DNA from: a plasmid
Sequence record: NZ_KX443399.1
Direction: 5' to 3' (one strand)
Length of the DNA stretch: 64,000 bases
This document shows positions 8,549 to 16,934 of the stretch, piece after piece. A program made the translations under genes and the position numbers. Every line of letters starts with the position of its first letter. Position 1 is the stretch's first letter. The notes beneath the pieces are model-generated. The model saw only the letters and a list, made by a program, of their open reading frames with translations, did not search any database and had not been told where the DNA came from.

Positions 8549-8702
8549 CCGGGACGTGTCATCTGACCTGGTCGCGCAGGGTTTCGGGATGTGTTGGCGG
8601 AGACGAAAATTGCCGAGCAGCGAGAGTGTGTCTCGATGCTCGGCAATGGGCGATCAGGTGGGGCCGGCTACCGGCCGGGACGTGTCATGTGCACAGGTCA
8701 GG
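8549..8702. repeat. ~150-bp composite element copy B (motif-hairpin-motif)
   Basis: few mismatches vs 7738-7888. Confidence 0.8.
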
Positions 8703-9021
8703 ACTTCTTTTTTCGGCCCATCATGGAGGCGATGAGCGCGAAGCCGAACCAACTGATGGCCGTGCCGCCGATCAGTCCTCCTAGTCCCCAGGTGAGAACG
8801 TCGCCCGGCCATTCCAGTCCGGATACCGAGGTTCCGGGGGCCTCGGTGGGGAACCAGGGGAAGTAGGCCAGTTTCACCGAGCCGGCGATCAGGGCGGCAC
8901 CGGCCCCGGCCAGCCACGCGAGTCCCCCGACGATGGCGAGCACCATTCCGATCAGTTCGAGGGGTTCGACCGCTGCGCGCGGTGCCGGTCGAGGAGCTGC
9001 GACGGTTTGTGCGTCGTTCAT
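8698..9021 (-). CDS. small membrane protein (107 aa)
   Basis: two hydrophobic helices; GAAAGGACT RBS; stop codon supplied by the GGTCAG end of a motif copy. Confidence 0.7.
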   Translation of the reverse strand: MNDAQTVAAPRPAPRAAVEPLELIGMVLAIVGGLAWLAGAGAALIAGSVKLAYFPWFPTEAPGTSVSGLEWPGDVLTWGLGGLIGGTAISWFGFALIASMMGRKKKS

Positions 9022-9107
9022 GGGAGTCCTTTCGGGGTGGGCGTCGTCGGGGCGATCCGATCCGGGACGTGTCGTCTCCGCTTTTCAGGGCATGTTTTCG
9101 GCGATGC

Positions 9108-10301
9108 TCATGCGTGGTTGTCGTCGGGGCCGGCGGGCAGTTCATGCAGCGCGGTGAGGTCGCCGGTGAGGATCTGGAGTCGGGTAGTGATGGCGGCGTG
9201 GAGGTCTCGGGCGTCGGCGGTGAGCCGGTCGAGGTGGCGCACGGTCAGCTCGTCGCCGCCGGTCTGGCGGACAAGGTTCCCGAGGTGGCTGCTGGCGGTG
9301 AGGGATCGTTCGACGGCCTGGAGGGCGAGGTAGTCGGTGTTCAGGGCAGACAGCTCGGCCGCGTACCGGTAGAGGGCGGCGACGCGGCGGGTCAGTGACG
9401 CGGTCACGGTGTCCAGGATCTGCTCGTTTCCGGCGCGCTGGATGCGTGCGCGGAGCGCGGCGTCGCCGTCGCCGTCCGGGGTGGGTCCGAGTGCGTCACG
9501 GGCGCGGCTGATCTCGGTCGCGTGCGCGGTGATCTGCGCGGCTTCGGCGTCGGGGTCGAGCTGGATGCGGTGCACGCTCAGGTCGTCCGACGCCCAGGCC
9601 GGGCAGGCGGTGATCTGGGCGGCGAGCGCGGCGGCGATCTGCGCGAGCTGGTGCTCGGGGGTGCCGGGTTCGGGGCCGGGCTCGGCGACGGTGGCGTGTT
9701 CGAGGGCCCAGTAGTCGGGGCCGCTCAATGCGAGGTCGGCGCGGTTCTCGGCGCGTTCCTCCGCGACTGCGGCGAACAGAAGCGCCCAGGCCAGGGCCGC
9801 GATCGCGGCGATGGTCGACGGCGAAGGTTCCAGCGGGCCGAACAGCATGGCCGCGGCGAGCCCGACCGCGACGACTGCGAGCAGGTTCCGCAGGGTGGCG
9901 AGTCGGCCGCTGGCGTGGAAGGCGTCGACGAACCTGTCGAGCATGGAGTCCGTCCGGCCGCTGGTGTCCTCGGTGTGGGGCAGCTGGGCACGTAGCGCGT
10001 CGCGCTGCCGCCTGGTGAGCGCCGAGCCGGTCAGCGCGTCGGAGGTCGATGAATCGGGGGCGGCGATCGCACTGGCGTTGTGGGCGTGCCGGGGCACCGG
10101 CAGGCCCTGTGCTTCGCGGCGGACGAGTTTGGCCGCCAGCGCCTTCGGCAGGCGGGTGCGGTCGATCGTCGATTGCTGCGGCAGCGGGACCGGGTCGATC
10201 GGGGCGGCGAGCAGTTCGTTGATGCGGGTCTCGGACGCGGTGACGCGGTCGTCGGCACCGGTCAGGGCCGCTTGTGCGTCAGTGAGCCAGTCGCGGGCCA
10301 C
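9108..10301 (-). CDS. membrane protein (~397 aa), coiled-coil/TM
   Basis: GTG with GGAG RBS; TM segments LLAVVAVGLAAAMLFGPL.../IAAIAALAWALLFAAVA; upstream part of track ORF is Arg-rich junk. Confidence 0.6.
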   Translation of the reverse strand: MARDWLTDAQAALTGADDRVTASETRINELLAAPIDPVPLPQQSTIDRTRLPKALAAKLVRREAQGLPVPRHAHNASAIAAPDSSTSDALTGSALTRRQRDALRAQLPHTEDTSGRTDSMLDRFVDAFHASGRLATLRNLLAVVAVGLAAAMLFGPLEPSPSTIAAIAALAWALLFAAVAEERAENRADLALSGPDYWALEHATVAEPGPEPGTPEHQLAQIAAALAAQITACPAWASDDLSVHRIQLDPDAEAAQITAHATEISRARDALGPTPDGDGDAALRARIQRAGNEQILDTVTASLTRRVAALYRYAAELSALNTDYLALQAVERSLTASSHLGNLVRQTGGDELTVRHLDRLTADARDLHAAITTRLQILTGDLTALHELPAGPDDNHA

Positions 10302-10303
10302 TG

Positions 10304-10504
10304 CTACGGCTCCAGGCCGACAAGGAACGGAACACCGTAGACAGCCGCGAGGAGCAGCACCATCCCGGTCAGGAGCGTGAGCCAGAAACCCCGCCGGTCC
10401 TTCACCCGATCCTCGAACGTTGAGACGAGGAGCCAGATCAATCCCCCCTCGTGCGCCTGCGTCTGAGCGCTGGTGTTCTGTCGTTCGATGTTCTGCTGGT
10501 CCAT
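10304..10504 (-). CDS. small membrane protein (66 aa)
   Basis: GAGGGGGGA RBS; translationally coupled to downstream gene. Confidence 0.6.
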   Translation of the reverse strand: MDQQNIERQNTSAQTQAHEGGLIWLLVSTFEDRVKDRRGFWLTLLTGMVLLLAAVYGVPFLVGLEP

Positions 10505-10540
10505 GAGTCCCCCCTCGGGTCCGGTGTTCGGTGTAGATGG

Positions 10541-11128
10541 TCATGCGGGCCGCGTCCATTCGAGGGCCGCGAGGTCGGGGCGGCCGTCGGCGAGGAGCGC
10601 GAGCAGCGCGCGGGTGGCGCGGACATCAGCGAGGGCGCGGTGGCCGCCGTCGAGGCGGAGACGGCCATCGGTGCCGAGTCCGAGAGCCTGGCAGCGGCGG
10701 GCCATCACGCAGTGCCAGCGCGCGGGGTCGAACAGGTGCGCCGGGTCGATGCCCGCGCGGCGGCAGTCGTGCAGGACCCGGTCGCGGTCGAATGCCGCGT
10801 TGTATGCGAGCACCTTCCGCGTCGCGGTGATCGCGGCGAGGCGGGCGTGGACCTGCGGCCAACTCGGTGCCCCGGCTAGGTCAGCGGCGGTGAGCCCGTG
10901 CACGGCGTGCGCGTCGGGGTGGATCGGTGCGCCGTCGGGGTCGACAAGGGTGTCGAGCAGGACCTCACCGGTAGCGGCGTCGATGACTGCGACCTCGATG
11001 ATCGAGCCGTCGAGGCCGGTGGTTTCGGTGTCGAGGATGCAGGCCACACCCGGCGCGAGCATCGCGTTCGCCCACTGGCGGGGCGTCAGGGTGAACGTGG
11101 GCACTGCATCCTCCTCGGTCCCGAACAT
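10541..11128 (-). CDS. DEDD-family 3'-5' exonuclease (DnaQ/epsilon-like)
   Basis: Exo I motif ILDTETTGLD; Exo III HRALADVRAT. Confidence 0.85.
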   Translation of the reverse strand: MFGTEEDAVPTFTLTPRQWANAMLAPGVACILDTETTGLDGSIIEVAVIDAATGEVLLDTLVDPDGAPIHPDAHAVHGLTAADLAGAPSWPQVHARLAAITATRKVLAYNAAFDRDRVLHDCRRAGIDPAHLFDPARWHCVMARRCQALGLGTDGRLRLDGGHRALADVRATRALLALLADGRPDLAALEWTRPA

Positions 11129-11134
11129 GGTCCC

Positions 11135-11425
11135 CTACCCCTCCGACACCGTGGCTGCCTGTTCGGCGAGGTGGTAGCCCTTGCCGGACGGGGTGGTGTG
11201 CAAGCTGTCGACCTTGATGCTGACCACGCGGCCCGGCGCGGTGACCTCACCGGTCTCCTGGTTGTGCGCGGAGATGACGGTGCAGATCGCGGCGGTGCCG
11301 AGCGCGCCGGCGTCCTCGAGGCCGTCGACGCGCAGGGTGCGGCGCACGGTGCGGGCGGGGTTGTCGAGCCAGAGCTGGCCGACGCGGATCTCGTCGCCGT
11401 GGCGGTTGGTGGTGGTGTCGGACAT
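11135..11425 (-). CDS. hypothetical protein (96 aa)
   Basis: ATG with GAGGAGAA RBS; upstream part of track ORF 11135-12112 is junk. Confidence 0.7.
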   Translation of the reverse strand: MSDTTTNRHGDEIRVGQLWLDNPARTVRRTLRVDGLEDAGALGTAAICTVISAHNQETGEVTAPGRVVSIKVDSLHTTPSGKGYHLAEQAATVSEG

Positions 11426-11502
11426 GGGTTCTCCTCGGATCGGTTCGGGTAGGTGGGGCCAGGGCGCCCGGGGTGGGCGCTCCTGGCAGCTGTGGCGGGT
11501 TG

Positions 11503-12189
11503 TCAGGCCGGGGTGGGCCTCTTGTGCTTGCGGAGGTTGCCGATCGACGTCACGGACGCGACGCCGCCGCACGCGCCGCACCAGGCGTAGCGGCCTCGGG
11601 TCTTCCACTCGCGCATGCGCTTGTGGCTGCACATGGTCGGGTCCTCTTCCTTGGCCGGCCCGACGGTCCACTCGACCGGGGCGCTGGGGAAGCAGTGGGT
11701 GCACAGCAGCGGGCCGTGCGCGGTGACGGCGTCGGCTTCGGTGTCGCCGGACAGGTCCGGGAGCCATCCGAGCCGGGTGGACGGGCGCAGGGTGTGGCAG
11801 TAGGGGTTGGCGTGGATGTGGCCACGGTCGACGAGGTAGTAGCGGGGCCACGGGTTCGCGCGGTAGGGGGCTTCGGCGGTCTCGATCTCGGCGGTGATCA
11901 CGGCCCGCTCGTCGCGGTACTGGGAGACCCGGTCGATCAGGTAGGCGTAGTCCCGCAGGCGGGGAGCCGGATTCGGGGCGTCGAGCAGGCCCACCAGGCG
12001 CTCGTACGCGTCGATGTCGGTCAGCGCCCACCGGCTGCGGGTGACCTGGCGGTCGTCGATGGCGTGGTGGATCGAGCGGTAGGTGGCGTCGAGCCGGTCG
12101 ACGATCTCCCAACGGCGCGCGTGCAGGTCGGCGAGCGCGCGGTCGACGGTCTTCGGGTCGATCGCGGTGGCGGTCGTGGCGGTGGTCAT
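11503..12189 (-). CDS. hypothetical Cys-containing protein (228 aa)
   Basis: GAGAGGA RBS; CHTL...CTHC...CSHK...CGAC Cys pairs. Confidence 0.75.
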   Translation of the reverse strand: MTTATTATAIDPKTVDRALADLHARRWEIVDRLDATYRSIHHAIDDRQVTRSRWALTDIDAYERLVGLLDAPNPAPRLRDYAYLIDRVSQYRDERAVITAEIETAEAPYRANPWPRYYLVDRGHIHANPYCHTLRPSTRLGWLPDLSGDTEADAVTAHGPLLCTHCFPSAPVEWTVGPAKEEDPTMCSHKRMREWKTRGRYAWCGACGGVASVTSIGNLRKHKRPTPA

Positions 12190-12281
12190 GGCGCGGTCCT
12201 CTCAGGGAAGTCCGGATGTCGGTGTCGCTGTGGGGCGCTCCCCCGGGCGCCCTCGGTGGGCGCCCGGGAGGTGCGCGGCGG

Positions 12282-13319
12282 TCAGGCCGCGTCGGTCTCG
12301 CTGCTGGTCTCGGGCTCGGTGGTGCGCTGGCCGTCGACGATGCGGACGGGGCGGGCGTCGGCGTCGCGCAGGCCGCGGATCTCGGCGTAGGCGATGCGGT
12401 CGGTCCAGCTGCCGCCGACGATCGAACGGATGCTGACGGTCTTCGCGTTGACCTTCATCACCTCGTTCCACTGGCCGACGTAGAACACGTGGTCGCCCTT
12501 GGCGAGGACGTCGGCGCTGTAGGGGGTGGCCTTGCCGTCGGCGATCTGCTGGGCGCGTACGCCCTGCCAGTAGGCCAGTTCCTCGGCGGTGTGCTCGATC
12601 TCGGCCAGCACCCGCTCGCGGTACTCGCCTCCGGCCGGGGCGTGGTCCTCGGTGTACTTCTCGCCGGTCTGCTTGTTCGTGTGCAGGGTGCGCGAGTAGC
12701 CGTCGCGGGTGCGCTCGAGGCGCTTGAGCTCGGCGGCGAGCTTGTCGATGCGGCGGGCCACGGTCACCGGCGCGTAGCGGTGGTCGGTGGTCTTGGCGGC
12801 GGCGTCGGCGCGGCCCCGGGCGGTGGCGGCCTCACGCTCGGACTGCACGGCCTTGCCGAGTGCGTTCCAGGACTTCTCGACGGCGCGGCGGTGCCGGCCC
12901 TCGCTGTGGTGGCCGACCTTGATCGGTTCGCCGCCCTCGGGCAGCGCGGCGTGCGCGGCCTTCTCGGCGGCCCAGGCGGATTCGGCGGCCCCGGCCTTGC
13001 GGTCGGCCTTCGCGTCGAGGGCGTCGACGCGGCCCTGCTGGCGGGCGATCTTGTCGGCCTCGACCTCGGCGACCTCGCGGTAGGTGTCGTCGATCTCGAT
13101 CTCGACGGTGAACCCGGCGGCGCGCAGCGCGGCTGCGGTCGCGTTGATCTGGGCGAGCTTCGCGCGGCGGTCCCGCGTGTTCTGGATGTACCAGGAGCCG
13201 AGATTGCGGGACCAGCGCCAGCGCTGGGCCTTCAGGATCTTCCCGGAGCCGTCGCCGCGCGCGGTTCCGTCGATCAGGGTGCCGTCGGCGTGGGTATGGG
13301 TGATGGTCAGTGCGGACAT
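12282..13319 (-). CDS. DUF3560-like protein (345 aa)
   Basis: N-terminal ...ADGTLIDGTARGDGSGKILKAQRWRWSRNLGSWY typical of DUF3560 proteins of actinobacterial plasmids; GAAAGGTAAGGA RBS. Confidence 0.8.
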   Translation of the reverse strand: MSALTITHTHADGTLIDGTARGDGSGKILKAQRWRWSRNLGSWYIQNTRDRRAKLAQINATAAALRAAGFTVEIEIDDTYREVAEVEADKIARQQGRVDALDAKADRKAGAAESAWAAEKAAHAALPEGGEPIKVGHHSEGRHRRAVEKSWNALGKAVQSEREAATARGRADAAAKTTDHRYAPVTVARRIDKLAAELKRLERTRDGYSRTLHTNKQTGEKYTEDHAPAGGEYRERVLAEIEHTAEELAYWQGVRAQQIADGKATPYSADVLAKGDHVFYVGQWNEVMKVNAKTVSIRSIVGGSWTDRIAYAEIRGLRDADARPVRIVDGQRTTEPETSSETDAA

Positions 13320-13367
13320 GCGCGGTCCTTACCTTTCGTCAGATGTGCAGGTCAGGGGCGGCGCGGG

Positions 13368-13859
13368 TCAGCGGATGAACCGCCAGGCCGAGCGCGCGAC
13401 GCGTGCCCCTGGGACGGTGCGGGAGGCGAGATTTCCGGCGGCCTTCGCGGCGCGCTTGCCGTAGACCACGCCGCGCGAGGGGCCAGCAGCCTTGGCCGGG
13501 GCCTTAGCCTCGCGGGCCGGGCGCTCGATGCGAGCGGCCCGGTTCTCACGGCGAGCCTCGCGGTACTCGGCACCGCCCACGGGGTCGATGTAGCGCAGCG
13601 GCGTGTGGACCACGACGTTCTCCGCCAGACGCGAGCGCCAGAATCGGCGCTGGTAGGCGAACAGGAAGTGACCGGCCAGCCAGATCACCGCACCGATGAC
13701 CAGCCACGGCGCGCGGACCGCAATCGGGTCACCCATGACGATGAACGCGAGCGAGCTGACGACCATCAGTGCGCCACCGAAGCGGGCGATCGGTGCGCCG
13801 ATCTTCCAGACAAGCAGACCCGCGAGGGCGAGAGCGGCAAAAACGGCGATGATCGACAT
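13368..13859 (-). CDS. membrane protein (163 aa), first gene of long minus-strand operon
   Basis: GGAAGGGGA RBS immediately downstream of conserved promoter copy 3. Confidence 0.7.
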   Translation of the reverse strand: MSIIAVFAALALAGLLVWKIGAPIARFGGALMVVSSLAFIVMGDPIAVRAPWLVIGAVIWLAGHFLFAYQRRFWRSRLAENVVVHTPLRYIDPVGGAEYREARRENRAARIERPAREAKAPAKAAGPSRGVVYGKRAAKAAGNLASRTVPGARVARSAWRFIR

Positions 13860-13894
13860 TCGGTTTCCCCTTCCGTGGCGCAACTTCCGAGAAC

Positions 13895-13926
13895 TACATT
13901 ACAGGCCCTGCTTGTAATGTTGCAAC
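13895..13926 (-). promoter_or_regulatory. Conserved promoter copy 3: -35 TTGCAA / 18 nt / -10 TAATGT; divergent with HTH gene at 14053
   Basis: GTTGCAACATTACAAG block. Confidence 0.5.
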
Positions 13927-14052
13927 CCGAGAGGGTTCCGTGTGTTGCGGCACGCGTTTCCTACGAAGCAAGCCCCACATGTAAAGTTCTCGGCATTCAG
14001 CGACCGACGCGGCGACGGCGGCGCCAACGACGAAAGGAAGGTGACACGAGAG

Positions 14053-14310
14053 ATGGCGAACCCGAACCGCATCACTGCCCAGCAGGTCATCGAACTGATC
14101 AAGGAACTGACCGGCGACGAGATCAAGGTGAACACCTTCTACGGCTACGTCAGCCGTGGCCAAGCACCGAAGGCCGTGGAGAAGATCGGCAACACGTCGC
14201 TGTGGAAGAAGAGCGAGATCACCGAGTGGGCCCTCAACCGGCCAGGCCGCGGCGCCCGCACCGACCTACCCAAGACGCGCCGACGCACCAAAGACACTGA
14301 TTCGGAGTGA
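14053..14310 (+). CDS. small HTH DNA-binding protein (excisionase/AlpA/MerR-like), 85 aa
   Basis: GAAAGGAAGG RBS; ITAQQVIELIKELTGDEIKVNTFYGYVSRGQAPKAVEKIGNTSLWKKSEITEWALNR. Confidence 0.65.
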   Translation: MANPNRITAQQVIELIKELTGDEIKVNTFYGYVSRGQAPKAVEKIGNTSLWKKSEITEWALNRPGRGARTDLPKTRRRTKDTDSE

Positions 14311-15014
14311 CCACGGATTCCGGCGGCCACACCGATGCGGTTGTGGTGGCATGCGGTCTTGTGAGCGGTGCATTCACCGTGGCAGCTGGCCTTGCGGCGG
14401 TTAACTCGCTCGGCACCCTTGCGATCGGCGCTTTCGTCGTTGCCGCGGTCGGACTGGCCTACGCCACCCATCGAGCACGCCCCACCCGCTTTTGGAAGTG
14501 GTGCGGCTATAGCTCGGTGGTCGTGTTGTCGCTGGCTGCGCTCACGGTGACAGGCACCCGCGCACTCCACACAAAAGATGAATCTCAGACGATGCTGTCG
14601 GCTCGGGAGACGTCGAAGCCCGCCGCAACGTCTACAGAGGCCACACCGATCACCACGACGGCGACCACTCCTGCACCGACGACTGCACTGCCCGCACCTG
14701 CCGGTCCAGTCCTTCCACCGGAGGAGAAGGCGATCTACGAGTCCAGGGCAAGCGAGTTCTTCGGCGGGGCACTCATTCTCGCGAATCAGAACACGTACTC
14801 AAACTACCTAGTTCTGACGATCACCACAGACGCGCGATCCTGCACCTCGCGCTTTCTCGACGTAGGCGAGCGGGTCATGGTTGCGGGGAATACTGCTGGC
14901 GACCGCTACTTTCGGCTGACCGTTCTGGAAACGATCGACGACACTTCTGCCACGATCCGGGCAGAGGATCTACCGCCGCAGGACTGGCCCACGTATCTCC
15001 CTAGCTGCCCCTGA
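14307..15014 (+). CDS. membrane protein with Thr/Pro-rich linker (235 aa)
   Basis: GTG overlapping upstream stop; two N-terminal TM helices. Confidence 0.55.
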   Translation: MTTDSGGHTDAVVVACGLVSGAFTVAAGLAAVNSLGTLAIGAFVVAAVGLAYATHRARPTRFWKWCGYSSVVVLSLAALTVTGTRALHTKDESQTMLSARETSKPAATSTEATPITTTATTPAPTTALPAPAGPVLPPEEKAIYESRASEFFGGALILANQNTYSNYLVLTITTDARSCTSRFLDVGERVMVAGNTAGDRYFRLTVLETIDDTSATIRAEDLPPQDWPTYLPSCP

Positions 15015-15162
15015 TAGGGCACGCCGGAGCCAACTTCGTGAGATGTGTCGCCTTCCCAGTTCACACGGCATAATGCAGACAGCACAGCGCCCCCGCTCCG
15101 AATCCCGGAGCGGGGGCGCTTGTCGTTCACGCCGTTCATGCGGGACGTGTCATCTGCGCAGT

Positions 15163-15516
15163 TCAGAGCGGGTGAACGCCCGAGTACAGCTGGGATGTTC
15201 GGACAATCGCGTCCCACAAACCAGAGTGCGCCCACATCGCGAGGGCCACGGCACCGCCCATCGAGAAGATCGCCGTCAGCTCGGCGGCTTTCGTCGTTCG
15301 CGTCTCGGCGCGATCCTGGCAGCGGCCGCGCCATGCGGCGATGCCGGCACCTATCGCCCCGAGCGCCAGGGCGCCTGCGGTGGCGGGCCATCTGCGGTCG
15401 GGGTCACCGGTCACGGCCAGTGCCGCCAGGACCACGAGTGCGACGACGCTGATCGCGCGGAGCTGGACGGGTTCGGCCGCAGCGGCATTCGTCTGCGTCG
15501 GGGTCTGCTCGGTCAT
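15163..15516 (-). CDS. small membrane protein (117 aa)
   Basis: AGGAGGAGAT RBS; motif copy 5 nt upstream of RBS. Confidence 0.6.
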   Translation of the reverse strand: MTEQTPTQTNAAAAEPVQLRAISVVALVVLAALAVTGDPDRRWPATAGALALGAIGAGIAAWRGRCQDRAETRTTKAAELTAIFSMGGAVALAMWAHSGLWDAIVRTSQLYSGVHPL

Positions 15517-15651
15517 ATCTCCTCCTGGGTGGGACGTGTCATCTGCGCTGGTCAATGGCCGTTTTCGATAGTTCGACGACGACGCCCCCGCTGCGGTGTT
15601 CCGGAGCGGGGGCGTCGGTCGAGATCCGGCGGGACGTGTCGTTTGTGCTGG

Positions 15652-16173
15652 TCAGCGGCAGTCGACGTGGACGGAGAGCTGGATACGGCCGCTGTGGTTG
15701 GGCTTCCAGTCGGTGGGCGCGTCGGTGGTGGCAGCGATGTCGACCTGGTCGGCCTCGGACCAATCGACGGACTGGAGGACGTCGAGGAACTTGTTGGTGG
15801 TGTCGACGTCGGCGGCAGGCAGGTTCTGATCGGTGTTCTCGACGGTGAGGGTCTGGGAGCCGTAGCGGGCGCCGATCTTCCAGCCGTGCGGGGCGGTGAT
15901 GTCGACGGCGAGGTTGTCGCCGCGGCCGGTGCAGCGCGCGGTGACCTCGTCGGGCTTGGGCGTGGTGATCTCGGTATCCGAGTGCGCGTCTCCCCAGCCG
16001 ATGACGATGCTGCCCAGGTCAGTGCTGGTAGCGGTGACGATCGCCCCGCTGGTGGAGGTGGTGACCGAGGCCGCGTCGCGGGCGTCGTCGCTGCCGCAGG
16101 CGGTCAGGGCGGCGGCCGCGGCGAGCGTGGCGGCCGCGGCAAGGGTTCTGGTGATGGTGCGTGAGCTGGTCAT
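15652..16173 (-). CDS. lipoprotein (173 aa); paralog of 32866-33414
   Basis: lipobox LTACGS; ARCTGRGDNLAVDITAPHGWK vs ARCLGAGEDRSIEVTAPNGWQ in paralog. Confidence 0.8.
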   Translation of the reverse strand: MTSSRTITRTLAAAATLAAAAALTACGSDDARDAASVTTSTSGAIVTATSTDLGSIVIGWGDAHSDTEITTPKPDEVTARCTGRGDNLAVDITAPHGWKIGARYGSQTLTVENTDQNLPAADVDTTNKFLDVLQSVDWSEADQVDIAATTDAPTDWKPNHSGRIQLSVHVDCR

Positions 16174-16200
16174 TCGTGGAAGTCCTCTCGTGGTGGCCGG

Positions 16201-16914
16201 TCAGTTGAAGACGTCGACGAACCATTTGCCGTCGATCTTCTTGGTGGTGACGGTCTGCGTGATGCGTTGGACGCCTTCGGGTCTCATCTCGGACAGGTCC
16301 ACGAGGTAGACGTCCTCGGACAGCGCCTTGGTGCGCACGCAGTAGTTCGTGCCGACCGGGACACCGTCGATGAACGGCTGGAGCTGGTCGGCCGGCACCA
16401 CCGAGCTGTTCGGGGTGGCCAGCGCACGCGCGGCGGCGGCGGAGCGCTGGACGTAGTACGCGTGGTTCCACGCGGCGATGACCCCTGCGCCGCTGTTCTG
16501 ATCGCCCCGGTCAGCGCGGCATTCGTCGTCGACCTCCGACGATGCGGCGGTGGTCGTGGTCGCCTCGGGGAGATCCAGGATCGGCAGCCCGTCGTCTTCG
16601 GATGCGCTGGTGGTGGCCGCGAGGGCGGTGTCGGTCGGCTGATCGCCGCCGGAAAGAGCGGTTCCCCAGATCGTGCCGCCGAGCAGAGCGACAACGGCGA
16701 CGCCGGCCGCGGTGCCGATGACGAGTTTCTTGCTCGGCCACCGCGAGGGAGGCTCGCCGCCGCCCCCGCCGGCTGCGGGGGGTGCAGCCAGTGGGGGCGG
16801 GGCAGTAGGCCCGCCGGGCGCGGCCGTGGTGGCCGCGCCCGGGGTGGTGGTGGGCGCGCCACCGAGAAGGTCGACGACGGCGGGGTGCCGCGAGGTCTTC
16901 TTGCTGATCTTCAT
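16201..16914 (-). CDS. membrane-anchored extracellular protein (237 aa)
   Basis: GAGAGGG RBS; single TM LVIGTAAGVAVVALLGG. Confidence 0.7.
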   Translation of the reverse strand: MKISKKTSRHPAVVDLLGGAPTTTPGAATTAAPGGPTAPPPLAAPPAAGGGGGEPPSRWPSKKLVIGTAAGVAVVALLGGTIWGTALSGGDQPTDTALAATTSASEDDGLPILDLPEATTTTAASSEVDDECRADRGDQNSGAGVIAAWNHAYYVQRSAAAARALATPNSSVVPADQLQPFIDGVPVGTNYCVRTKALSEDVYLVDLSEMRPEGVQRITQTVTTKKIDGKWFVDVFN

Positions 16915-16934
16915 GGTGTTGCGCCCTCTCTGGG

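Noticed and set aside
12216-14300. 694-aa + ORF
   Set aside because: Antisense to DUF3560 and membrane-protein genes that have RBSs and homology; product is Gly/Arg/Asp repeats.
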